Assembly (NCBI GenBank): GCA_965199825.1
Contig: OZ241329.1
Location: 1,440,001 to 1,504,000, forward strand
Direction of reading: 5' to 3'
DNA from: Bdellovibrionales bacterium
GTDB lineage: Bacteria > Bdellovibrionota > Bdellovibrionia > Bdellovibrionales > UBA1609
DNA: 64,000 nucleotides
Numbering within the stretch: position 1 is the first letter of the stretch; each line of letters opens with the position of its first letter. The notes under the pieces are model-generated. The model was not told where the DNA came from. It ran no database searches and saw only the letters and a list, made by a program, of their open reading frames with translations. Shown piece after piece: positions 38,399-47,354 of the stretch. A program made the translations under genes and the position numbers.

Positions 38399-38748
38399 TT
38401 CATTTATTGAGCCTTCTCCTAGTCTCGGTTTTTGCCGATACCTGCTTTGACGCTTTATCAGTTTCGGTTGAATACAAAAATGCACAATCTGGATTGATGG
38501 CTTTTGAGTCTGTGAAATCATCGCTCAGCAAAAAAGAATTGGTTGTTCTCGAAGCTGCAAAGGCCAATCTAACAAAGCACGAAACCGTCTTTCGAAAAGA
38601 TCGGCGAGGAAAAGAACTCGCTCGACATCTTAAAATTCAAAAATTGATTGCTAAGTTTAATCTGCGTGAAATTCGCTGGTCGATATATCAGATTAAGCGG
38701 GCGATTGAAGAACGTTTTTATATCAAAGAATATGTAGAGTGTGAATGA
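38395..38748 (+). CDS. Small secreted hypothetical protein
   Basis: GGAGG RBS, signal peptide, ATGA coupling at both ends. Confidence 0.6.
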   Translation: MIHLLSLLLVSVFADTCFDALSVSVEYKNAQSGLMAFESVKSSLSKKELVVLEAAKANLTKHETVFRKDRRGKELARHLKIQKLIAKFNLREIRWSIYQIKRAIEERFYIKEYVECE

Positions 38749-39272
38749 TCACTTTAATGGCAATGTCGCTTCGCAAAGACTCACTCAACAAAAAACTGAT
38801 CCGAGCGACCAAGCCCTTAATAAGCGAAGCTTGTCAGATCCTTGAGTTCAATGACTTTAGCCCGCCGGTTTATGATGGAGACCTTGAGGCCAAGAGCGGT
38901 GTGCCCGAAGTGGTTCAAAGTTTTGCCAAAATCATTCAACAATCAAAAGCTCTGATTTTGTCGACACCCGAATACAATGGCGGAATTATGGGGGTGTTCA
39001 AAAATTGGATCGATTGGCTTTCGCGTGTTCAGCCATCACCATTTTCTTATAAACCTATTTTGTTGATGGGCGCATCGCCTGGGGCGTTGGGTGCGGTTCG
39101 TGGACTGTGGCACTCACGTGTGCCTTTAGAAGCTTTAAAATGTTTTGTTTATCCTGAGATGTTTGGTTTGAGTTTTGCCGATAAGGCTTTTGCCGAGCAG
39201 GGTGAGCTGCAGGATCCAAAAACATCAGATCGCCTTAAAAAATTGATTACCGAATTTTTGGCTCATGCTTAA
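38745..39272 (+). CDS. NADPH-dependent FMN reductase (ChrR/SsuE family)
   Basis: SLRKDSLN, TPEYNGG, KNWIDWLSR, GASPG..GAVRG. Confidence 0.9.
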   Translation: MITLMAMSLRKDSLNKKLIRATKPLISEACQILEFNDFSPPVYDGDLEAKSGVPEVVQSFAKIIQQSKALILSTPEYNGGIMGVFKNWIDWLSRVQPSPFSYKPILLMGASPGALGAVRGLWHSRVPLEALKCFVYPEMFGLSFADKAFAEQGELQDPKTSDRLKKLITEFLAHA

Positions 39273-40077
39273 GCTCATCCCAATTATTGGTGCGATGATT
39301 TCGGTGCAAATGGGTGCAGCCCTTGGAAAGCAATTGTTTCCAACAATCGGCCCGGTGTGGACCACGTTTTTACGAACATCTTTAGCAGCGCTTGTTCTTT
39401 TTGTTTTGTTTCGCCCTTGGCGTATTCGGATCAATCGCTACATCTTTTTTTATGGGCTATCTTTAGGCCTGATGAATCTGCTTTTTTACTTAAGTATCCA
39501 GCGCATCTCTTTAGGGATTGCGGTGGCGTGCGAATTTTCTGGGCCGTTGATTTTGGCGGTCACACTCTCGCGGCGCGGAACCGACTTTTTGTGGGTGGCG
39601 CTCGCTTTTATCGGGATCGCATTGCTTTCGCCCTTATCGCCAGATCCGGTGGATCTTGACGGCGTGATGTATGCGCTTTTGGCCGGAGCTTGTTGGGCGG
39701 GATATATTATTTTTGGTCGATGGACGAAGGAGCAGTCGGGGCCGGTAGTTGCAATGGGCATGGGTGTAGCCGCACTGACCACATTGCCATTTGCACTCTT
39801 TTCGGGGCCGCTAAAAATGCAAACCAGTTTGTGGCCGATGGCCTTTGCGGTCGCAGTTTTATCAAGTGCAATTCCATATTCGCTTGAGATGATTATGCTG
39901 CAAAAAATTTCGGCCAAAAATTTTGGAATTCTGATGAGTCTTGAGCCGGCGCTTGCGGTGGTATCGGGTTTTGTTTTTTTGCACGAAGCTTTAAATCCGA
40001 TGCAGATTTTGGCAATCGGGAGTGTGGTGATTGCCTCTTACGGCAGTACAATTTCTTCGCGCGCTCAATCTGGATAA
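39265..40077 (+). CDS. EamA/DMT transporter, RhtA-like
   Basis: SVQMGAALGKQLFP, MNLLFY, EFSGPL, SSAIPYSLE, LMSLEPA. Confidence 0.9.
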   Translation: MLKLIPIIGAMISVQMGAALGKQLFPTIGPVWTTFLRTSLAALVLFVLFRPWRIRINRYIFFYGLSLGLMNLLFYLSIQRISLGIAVACEFSGPLILAVTLSRRGTDFLWVALAFIGIALLSPLSPDPVDLDGVMYALLAGACWAGYIIFGRWTKEQSGPVVAMGMGVAALTTLPFALFSGPLKMQTSLWPMAFAVAVLSSAIPYSLEMIMLQKISAKNFGILMSLEPALAVVSGFVFLHEALNPMQILAIGSVVIASYGSTISSRAQSG

Positions 40078-40478
40078 TTAATTTCTAAGGGCGTTTGAAT
40101 ACTTGGATCAAGGCTGAGCTTGACCGGGCACGACTCAGCCATCTTTTGAATTTTTTCGCGAAACTCAATTTTGATTCCTAAAGGCATTGTGATGACCATT
40201 TTTAGGGCCGCGATTTTTCGCGGAGGGGGAGTCATTTCTTTTGTGATTTTGAATTGAGCTTGATCGATCTTGACCGGTAACTTTTGTTTTTCGCAAAGAA
40301 TTGCAATCGTGGTCATCACACAACTGCTTAAAGCAGCGGCAACCAAATCGGTGGGCGAAAACAATTGGCCACGCCCCATATTATCGGTCGGAGCATCGGT
40401 TTCGATTTTACTCGACGATGGCCCGTGGGTGAGCTCACACCGTTTTTGGCCCTGATAGACACCGCGGATTTCGACCAT
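40065..40478 (-). CDS. OsmC family protein
   Basis: TDAPTDNMGRG..FSPTDL..AL.SC and SCPV. Confidence 0.9.
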   Translation of the reverse strand: MVEIRGVYQGQKRCELTHGPSSSKIETDAPTDNMGRGQLFSPTDLVAAALSSCVMTTIAILCEKQKLPVKIDQAQFKITKEMTPPPRKIAALKMVITMPLGIKIEFREKIQKMAESCPVKLSLDPSIQTPLEINYPD

Positions 40479-40558
40479 AAAAATTTCCAATCATTTGTTT
40501 TTGGCGCCGCGCTTAATCGGTTGCGCTGGTCTCAAAAAGAAACCTAGATTAACTTTAA

Positions 40559-41551
40559 GTGAGAATATTACAAATTTTGCTATTTGTAACGCTGGCTGGC
40601 CCAAATGCTTTTTCGAGGACGCTCTGTGAGGCGATGTTATCGCCTCACGAGCAGATTTTAGAGAATTTGCGGTTGATTCAGATGAGTCATCGGCAGGATG
40701 GTCGAGGGGACCATCCTGCGTTATCAGAGCCCGACTTTCTTGCCTTGAAGATGAAACCGTTTGCCAAGTATGAGCAGACCAATCGTCCAATGTCGGCTTT
40801 GATGCGAATCCTCACAAATCCCTATGACACCGCTGAAGAATTAAAAAATAATCTCGAACAGTGGCTCAAAGTCTTCTCTCCTGAATATCAGTTTATCTTT
40901 CCTAACGAAGTTCGCGCTCATACTAATGTCGATGGTTTTATTGACGAGTCCTTTTATTTTAATAGCTTAAAGCACAAAAAAATTCCGCTGGGTGAGTTTC
41001 ATGATCTTTATAATCACAGTATCTCCCTCACCGACTCTCGGTTTGTGCAGACACTTGATCGACTGTTAGAACTGGCGGGGCAAACAATGGAGCCGGATCG
41101 GCAGGCGGTGGTGAATCGGGTGTGGATGGATTTGGCCGAGCGATTTCCATTGATGACCGAAATTGATGGTCGACAAGCGCTGATCCCTTTTGGTGGCTAT
41201 GCGACGATCTCACATTATCTGCCCCAAACTCCATCGCTTCACAGTATTATTGCGGTCGGAATGCGAAGCCGAGTTTCCAAACCATTTTTAAATCAGGTCA
41301 CGAGTTATTATCAGCTTTCGCCCTCGGCAGTGTTTGAGCAGTTTTTTGGCAACAATGCGCCAGCGCTTTTGGAAACCCGGATCAACCTTGAAATCACCAA
41401 GATTGATAGTAGCTGTCACACTCCAGAGTGTTTACCGTTTGCTCTTGCGGATGCGGTCAATGATCCAAAAAATCCTTTATCAATATTTCAGCGCGAGAAT
41501 TTTTTGAATTTTGTCGACACCGCAATCGAAAGCTTACGGCTCAATTTTTAA
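40559..41551 (+). CDS. Secreted hypothetical protein
   Basis: 330-aa ORF with signal peptide ending AFS. Confidence 0.65.
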   Translation: MRILQILLFVTLAGPNAFSRTLCEAMLSPHEQILENLRLIQMSHRQDGRGDHPALSEPDFLALKMKPFAKYEQTNRPMSALMRILTNPYDTAEELKNNLEQWLKVFSPEYQFIFPNEVRAHTNVDGFIDESFYFNSLKHKKIPLGEFHDLYNHSISLTDSRFVQTLDRLLELAGQTMEPDRQAVVNRVWMDLAERFPLMTEIDGRQALIPFGGYATISHYLPQTPSLHSIIAVGMRSRVSKPFLNQVTSYYQLSPSAVFEQFFGNNAPALLETRINLEITKIDSSCHTPECLPFALADAVNDPKNPLSIFQRENFLNFVDTAIESLRLNF

Positions 41552-43028
41552 AAACCGACTTCAAAACTTTACCTTCAGAGAGTGCGGGCGGTAAAATTCC
41601 CAACAAAGACGCAAGGGTTGGAGCGATATCGATCACTTCGACGCGCTCGGGATAAAGACCACTTTTGATTCCAAAGCCCGAAAATATAATAGGGACTGTG
41701 CGATCGTAAGTGTAGCCGCTCATATGACTGGTGTGATTGGCGTTGGCCACAATATAATAAGGTTTGTGGATACCAACCACGTGCCCGCTGCGCCCATGCA
41801 GGTACGTCTTTAAAATTTGGCGCTCGAATTGAACGGGCGGCAATTGTCTTAAAAGAACATCTTGCTCTGTAAAGGCGTAAAGGATTGCACTATTTTTAAG
41901 TGCGATCTGTTTGATATCGCGAGCCACGGTGTTTAAATCAATTTTGTTGTCCTCGGCTACCTTTTCATCAATAAAAAAATTAAGATCGAGACTAAAAGGC
42001 ACCCATGTTGTTTTGGTTTTATATTTTTTGTTTAAAAATGAATTCATCTCGTCGACCAAAGCTTTTTCATCAATGCGGCCTGAATCGATTCCGGTATCTT
42101 TTAAATATTCTGGCGAGGGTGAAACGCCATGATCTCCGGTTAAAACAAACAAAACATTTTTTAACCCACCCGGATATTGAGTTTCGACAATTTTTCGGAT
42201 GCGGCTGACCGCAAGATCTTCTGCCAGTGTGACATCATGGATCTCAGGAGAGTTTGGACCAAATCGATGGCCAGCATAATCATGCGTCGAAAAACTGAGC
42301 GAAATAAAATCGGTCGAGTTTTTAAGTGGTTTATTTTTAAATTCTTTGATGACCGACTCAAACGCATCCACGGTCAACTCAACGCCGCAGGAGGTGTTGT
42401 AGTCGCAATTTGATTTTTCAACTTTGCGGTTGAGAGACTCAATCCAATCGGGAAGTTTTTTATCTTTTAAATAATAGTCGCTCGAAACAAAACGCCGATT
42501 TTTATGGTCCAACCAAAAACTAAAATCGGGACGGTGGCCTCCCATCAAAATCGCGGCTCGATCTTTTAGAGCAAATGAGATCACACGGCTTGGCGCCCCA
42601 GAATTTTTAAGTTCGTCGGTAAGGGTTGTTCCGTGCAGAGTTTGTGGCGACGTTCCCGAATGTTCAGGAGTTTCAGATCCGACCCAGTGAAAATCTGGAT
42701 CTTCCACACAGTAGCGCTTTTTTTTAAGAGTTTGATCGTACCAATCATTAATCGGAATTCCCATTTGATAGGGATAAGCACCGGTCAACACAGTTGCGTG
42801 TCCAGGGCAAGTCATCGCTTGGAGCACGTCATATTCGCCGTAGGGAAAGTAAGCACCGCGGTCGATCAATGCGCGAAAACCATCTTTTCGAAATTCACTT
42901 CTGTAACGGGAGAGATAGTCGGTGCGAAACTGATCGATCACCATAAATACAATCAGTTTGGGTTTTTGGGGTGCCCACGGGGCTGCAAGCGAATGTAAGC
43001 ACAATGAAAGGACTAGGTTTAAAAGCAT
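41541..43028 (-). CDS. Alkaline phosphatase superfamily, PafA/PhoK-like
   Basis: IDQFR, Thr nucleophile TCPGHAT, KDRAA, DYAGH.FGP, TGDHG, DIAPTL. Confidence 0.9.
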   Translation of the reverse strand: MLLNLVLSLCLHSLAAPWAPQKPKLIVFMVIDQFRTDYLSRYRSEFRKDGFRALIDRGAYFPYGEYDVLQAMTCPGHATVLTGAYPYQMGIPINDWYDQTLKKKRYCVEDPDFHWVGSETPEHSGTSPQTLHGTTLTDELKNSGAPSRVISFALKDRAAILMGGHRPDFSFWLDHKNRRFVSSDYYLKDKKLPDWIESLNRKVEKSNCDYNTSCGVELTVDAFESVIKEFKNKPLKNSTDFISLSFSTHDYAGHRFGPNSPEIHDVTLAEDLAVSRIRKIVETQYPGGLKNVLFVLTGDHGVSPSPEYLKDTGIDSGRIDEKALVDEMNSFLNKKYKTKTTWVPFSLDLNFFIDEKVAEDNKIDLNTVARDIKQIALKNSAILYAFTEQDVLLRQLPPVQFERQILKTYLHGRSGHVVGIHKPYYIVANANHTSHMSGYTYDRTVPIIFSGFGIKSGLYPERVEVIDIAPTLASLLGILPPALSEGKVLKSVFKN

Positions 43029-43083
43029 CGGGCGACTATCATATAAGCCTCTTGAATTTGCAATTACACTGAACTAATTTTCG

Positions 43084-45003
43084 ATGATGACGAACTTTGC
43101 AGATTATGGATTTGTCCGCATTCGACTAATAAGTCCTCAGGTGTTTGTTGCCCAGCCCGAGGCCAACGCACTCAATTACATTGCAGAGGCCAAAAAGGCG
43201 GCTCTCGATGAGGTCTCCATTTTGGTTGGCCCAGAGCTTGGCCTTACCGGCTACACTGCGGAAGACTTTTTTTTTAAGGAAGATATTTTACAAGGAACAA
43301 AGCGAGCACTAAATAAAATTTGTGAAGCCTCCAAAAAAGATTTTGCAACAACCACTTTAATTGTAGGCGCGCCGCTGCGAACCGCGGATGGGCGACTTTA
43401 CAACTGTGCGGTTGTGATTGCCGATGGCAAAATCATAGGAGCAGTGCCTAAATCACATCTCGCAAACAATGATAATTTTTATGAGGAACGATGGTTTACA
43501 CCGGGTAAAGGTGTGGAGCAGGTGGTGGATGACTTTGTTTTGTCGCCCCATCAAATCTTTCAAATGAGTGAGCTGCAATTTGCCATCGAAATCTGTGAGG
43601 ATGCTTGGGTGTGTGCGCCGCCCAGTCATATTCACGCGAGTGTGGGGGCTCATGCAATTTTTAATTTATCTTCGAGCAATGCCCAAATTGGCAAGCCGTC
43701 CTTTCGGCGCGATCTGGTTCGAATTTTATCGGCCCAAGAACGTGCGGCTTATTTTTATGTCTCCTCGAATGCGTCAGAATCATCACGCGATCTCATTTTT
43801 GATGCCCATTTTTTGGCATCGAGCAATGGCACCTCGATGCTCGATCATCAGACTTTTAGTTTTGAAAACATCCACTTTGATGTCGAAATGGATCTCAATC
43901 AAATTTTGCTTGAGCGAGGAAGCGACAAAACTTTTGGTCGCCAAAGATTTAAAAAATCGCATTATCGCTTTCATCGTATCTCGCAAAAACTTTTACCACT
44001 CAGTGAGTTGCATTCGCCTATTAATCCCCATCCTTTTTTACCCGCGGCCAAAGATCTAAAAGAACGAACCCAAGAAATTTTAAAAATGCAGGCGTTTGGC
44101 TTAGCCCGCCGACTTCAAGCCGCAAAGGTTGAATGTGCGGTGATTGGGGTTTCGGGTGGAGCCGACTCAACGCTTGCGCTGATTGTGGCGATTGAAGCCA
44201 TAAAAATTTTAAAATGGGATCCTAAACAAATAGTAGCAGTCACGATGCCGGGGTTTGGCACCTCGAAACAAACGCGCAATCAAGCCATGGAATTGATGAA
44301 GCATCTGGGGGTCACGGTGAGAGTGATCCCGATTGAACAGGCCGTACTTCAACATTTTAAAGATATTGATCACGATCCTAACAAAACAGATATTGTTTAC
44401 GAAAATGCTCAAGCCCGTGAACGGACACAAATTCTGTTTGATATTAGTAATCAAATAAATGGACTTGTTGTGGGCACTGGAGATCTGTCTGAGCTGTGTG
44501 TGGGTTGGTGCACCTTTAATGGCGATCAGATGGCCGGCTATTCGGTTAATGCCAACGTACCAAAAACTTTAGTTAAAGAATTATTTATGACCTATGCCGA
44601 ATATGAGCCGCGGCTGTCGGAAGTGTTAAAACAAATCTATAACACCACAGTTTCGCCGGAGCTCAAGCCTCTAGATCATAAAGGCCAAATTGCGCAATTG
44701 ACCGAAGAACAGATTGGCCCTTTTGTTTTGATCGATTTTTTTATTTATCATTTGTTGCGCAATCATTTTGCTGCAGAAAAAATTATTTTGTTAGCGACTC
44801 TTGCATTTAAAACATCGCTCAAGGAAAAAGAGATTCGCAAATGGTGGGATGTTTTTGCCAAGCGGTTTCGAACTCAACGAGTGAAGACCACCACCCTTCC
44901 TCCTGGTGTGCGTATTGGGGCGGTCGACATTTCACCTCGAAGCACTCGTTTTCCAGATGATATTATTTTGGCTTCCGAGAATTTTTCGCTCTTGTTTCGC
45001 TAA
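43084..45003 (+). CDS. nadE: Glutamine-dependent NAD+ synthetase
   Basis: Nitrilase triad (PEL, PK..L, ICED) and synthetase motifs SGGADST, ENAQARER, GTGDLSE, SPEL. Confidence 0.93.
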   Translation: MMTNFADYGFVRIRLISPQVFVAQPEANALNYIAEAKKAALDEVSILVGPELGLTGYTAEDFFFKEDILQGTKRALNKICEASKKDFATTTLIVGAPLRTADGRLYNCAVVIADGKIIGAVPKSHLANNDNFYEERWFTPGKGVEQVVDDFVLSPHQIFQMSELQFAIEICEDAWVCAPPSHIHASVGAHAIFNLSSSNAQIGKPSFRRDLVRILSAQERAAYFYVSSNASESSRDLIFDAHFLASSNGTSMLDHQTFSFENIHFDVEMDLNQILLERGSDKTFGRQRFKKSHYRFHRISQKLLPLSELHSPINPHPFLPAAKDLKERTQEILKMQAFGLARRLQAAKVECAVIGVSGGADSTLALIVAIEAIKILKWDPKQIVAVTMPGFGTSKQTRNQAMELMKHLGVTVRVIPIEQAVLQHFKDIDHDPNKTDIVYENAQARERTQILFDISNQINGLVVGTGDLSELCVGWCTFNGDQMAGYSVNANVPKTLVKELFMTYAEYEPRLSEVLKQIYNTTVSPELKPLDHKGQIAQLTEEQIGPFVLIDFFIYHLLRNHFAAEKIILLATLAFKTSLKEKEIRKWWDVFAKRFRTQRVKTTTLPPGVRIGAVDISPRSTRFPDDIILASENFSLLFR

Positions 45004-45005
45004 CG

Positions 45006-47354
45006 ATGAAGCTTTCTTATTCGGTTAGAGATTTTGCTCAACCCGTTCCACGTCATGGAAGTATTGATGTTCACTCAGGCCTTGGCCTTGCCAACACTCA
45101 AGGTCAAGCGGTTCATGAGCTCATCCAGAGTGAGCGCTCTTCGGTTTTTTACAAAGCAGAATTTCCGCTGGCGTGGGAATTTAAACGAGAAGAATTTGTT
45201 TTTGCGGTCTCGGGCCGAGCAGACGGTTTGTTTTTATCGCCTCTAAAAATTGAAGAAATCAAAAGCACCTTTGATCTGAAAGGTCTGATCGCTGCTCTTA
45301 AAAGTACCCAATTTCATCCCTACATCTTGCAGCTCGCGGTTTACCAAGATCTTTATCAACGCATTCATGGTCTTAAACCCGAAGCATTTTTGCATTTGGT
45401 GTGTCTGAGAAATGGTGCGCGTGTCGAGATGGATTTACCCCTCGATACTCAACATTATGAAGAGTGGCTTGAGCGACGTCTTGATCAAGCCGTGATCGAA
45501 GCAAGAAAACAAATCAAAATTTCTAAGCGTCGAAGCACAGCCGCCAAAGTGATGAGCTTTCCGTTTGAGACTGTAAGAATGGGGCAGTCTGAATTAATGG
45601 CAAGGGTTGAAGAATCGATTACCAAAAAAATTCCGCTGCTTGTTCAAGCACCAACGGGACTGGGCAAAACCATGGCGGTTTTTTTACCGATGGTCAAAGA
45701 AGCCTTTGGTCGCGGTGAACGGCTGATTTACGTCACACCAAAAAACTCGCAGCATCAAGTGGCCGAAGATGCGGTCGAACGTTTACAAAAAACGGGTGCG
45801 AAATTTAAATCTTTAACTTTGACTGCCAAAAATAAATTGTGCCTTAAAGAAGAAGTTTTGTGTCGTCCTGATTATTGTGAATATGCCAAGGATCATTTTA
45901 CCAAGCTGACCGAAAATAAAGTTGTTGAAGAAGCTTTACGTAAAAAGAAGCTCACAAAAAAAACGTTCCGCTCTCTTGGTTTAAAGCATCAGGTCTGTCC
46001 GTTTGAACTCTCGCTAGATATTTTGAATTTTGTTGATGTGGTTATTGGGGATTATAATTATGTATTTGCACCCTATGGTTGCGTCACTCGACTCACTCCA
46101 ACCACAGCAAGTAAAAAAAGAAAATCAAATCTGATTATTGATGAAGTTCACAATTTGCCTTCGCGCGCCAATGAATATCAGTCAAAATCATTATCCACCA
46201 AAAACCTAGAAGATCTAAGAGCGCTCGTCGCTCCCGCTTTTTTTTCGCAAGCTTCAATCTTAATTGATAAGATTCAAGGTCAAATCAAAAACACCGGTTC
46301 AAGAGACGGCTTGGTCGAACTTGATCACCAATCTTTTTTTGATCTGCAAGATCAAGTGGGCCATTTACTTTCGCAATATTTAAGAACCGATCTTGAAATC
46401 GGCTCAAAGGATCCGATCATTTCTCTTTCGCGTGAGATTACCGATTGGTGTTTGGCCTTAGAAAATTCATCGGGCCCACATTTTTTTATCACCCGCCGCA
46501 CTCAAGGAACCGACGTTATTTTAAAGGTTACCTGTTGTGATGCCTCACTTGTTTTAAAAGAAATTTACAAATTTTTTAGATCTGTGGTTGGATTTTCGGC
46601 AACCTTAAAACCATTTGAGTACTACGCCAAACTTTGTGGGTTTGATTCGCAAAAGCTCGAGATTGCCGAGTTTAAATCTCCCTTTTCGAAACACCGCCGA
46701 AAGATTTTGGTGATCCCCCAAATTTCGACCAAGTGGCAAGATCGCGATTCAAATGCCCAAAAGATTGCTCAAGTGATCGCCCGAATTGCAGCGCGAAAAA
46801 AAGGTCATTATTTTGCATTTTTTCCGAGCTACCAATTTTTGTATCAGGTGTCCCGCCTGATTGAATTGCCAGATTTTGAGGTGATTGAGCATCCGCGTGA
46901 GGCCAAAGCCTACTGGGTTAATGATCTGCTCGAAAAATTAAAAACCTCTAGCCGGCCGATATTATTTTGTACGGTTCAGGGGGGAGTCTTTTCGGAAGGT
47001 GTGGATTATCCGGGTGACATGCTGATTGGTGCCTTTGTTGTTGGTCCAGGATTGCCAACATTTGATAGTGAGCGTGAGCAGATGCGCAAATACTTTGAAA
47101 CCCAGTACGGCTCAGGCTTTGACTATGCGTACACTTATCCTGCGATGACAAAAGTGGTGCAGTCGGCAGGGCGCGTAATTCGGCGCCCCGAAGATAAAGG
47201 TTTGATTGTTTTATTGGATCGTCGATTTGCCTCGCAAAACTATGTTAAGTCTATGCCAACAGATTGGTTTGAAAACTCGGTGCAAGATTTAATTTCTTCA
47301 GAAATTATCAAATCGGTGGATGAGTTTTGGCAAAGGATGGATGATGAATCTTGA
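45006..47354 (+). CDS. PD-(D/E)XK nuclease fused to a DinG/XPD-family Fe-S helicase
   Basis: N-terminal G..VH..IQ, GRADG, IEEIKST, QL..Y; helicase APTGLGKT, four Fe-S Cys, DEVH, SAT, FFPSY, SEGVD, QSAGRVIR. Confidence 0.9.
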   Translation: MKLSYSVRDFAQPVPRHGSIDVHSGLGLANTQGQAVHELIQSERSSVFYKAEFPLAWEFKREEFVFAVSGRADGLFLSPLKIEEIKSTFDLKGLIAALKSTQFHPYILQLAVYQDLYQRIHGLKPEAFLHLVCLRNGARVEMDLPLDTQHYEEWLERRLDQAVIEARKQIKISKRRSTAAKVMSFPFETVRMGQSELMARVEESITKKIPLLVQAPTGLGKTMAVFLPMVKEAFGRGERLIYVTPKNSQHQVAEDAVERLQKTGAKFKSLTLTAKNKLCLKEEVLCRPDYCEYAKDHFTKLTENKVVEEALRKKKLTKKTFRSLGLKHQVCPFELSLDILNFVDVVIGDYNYVFAPYGCVTRLTPTTASKKRKSNLIIDEVHNLPSRANEYQSKSLSTKNLEDLRALVAPAFFSQASILIDKIQGQIKNTGSRDGLVELDHQSFFDLQDQVGHLLSQYLRTDLEIGSKDPIISLSREITDWCLALENSSGPHFFITRRTQGTDVILKVTCCDASLVLKEIYKFFRSVVGFSATLKPFEYYAKLCGFDSQKLEIAEFKSPFSKHRRKILVIPQISTKWQDRDSNAQKIAQVIARIAARKKGHYFAFFPSYQFLYQVSRLIELPDFEVIEHPREAKAYWVNDLLEKLKTSSRPILFCTVQGGVFSEGVDYPGDMLIGAFVVGPGLPTFDSEREQMRKYFETQYGSGFDYAYTYPAMTKVVQSAGRVIRRPEDKGLIVLLDRRFASQNYVKSMPTDWFENSVQDLISSEIIKSVDEFWQRMDDES

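Noticed and set aside
43568..44059. 163-aa alternative-frame ORF inside nadE, and similar short ORF-track entries
   Set aside because: Fully nested in well-supported genes, with no RBS and no recognisable motifs.
45006..47354. Type IV CRISPR CasDinG or a cas4 locus
   Set aside because: No other cas genes, leader or array are present in the window.
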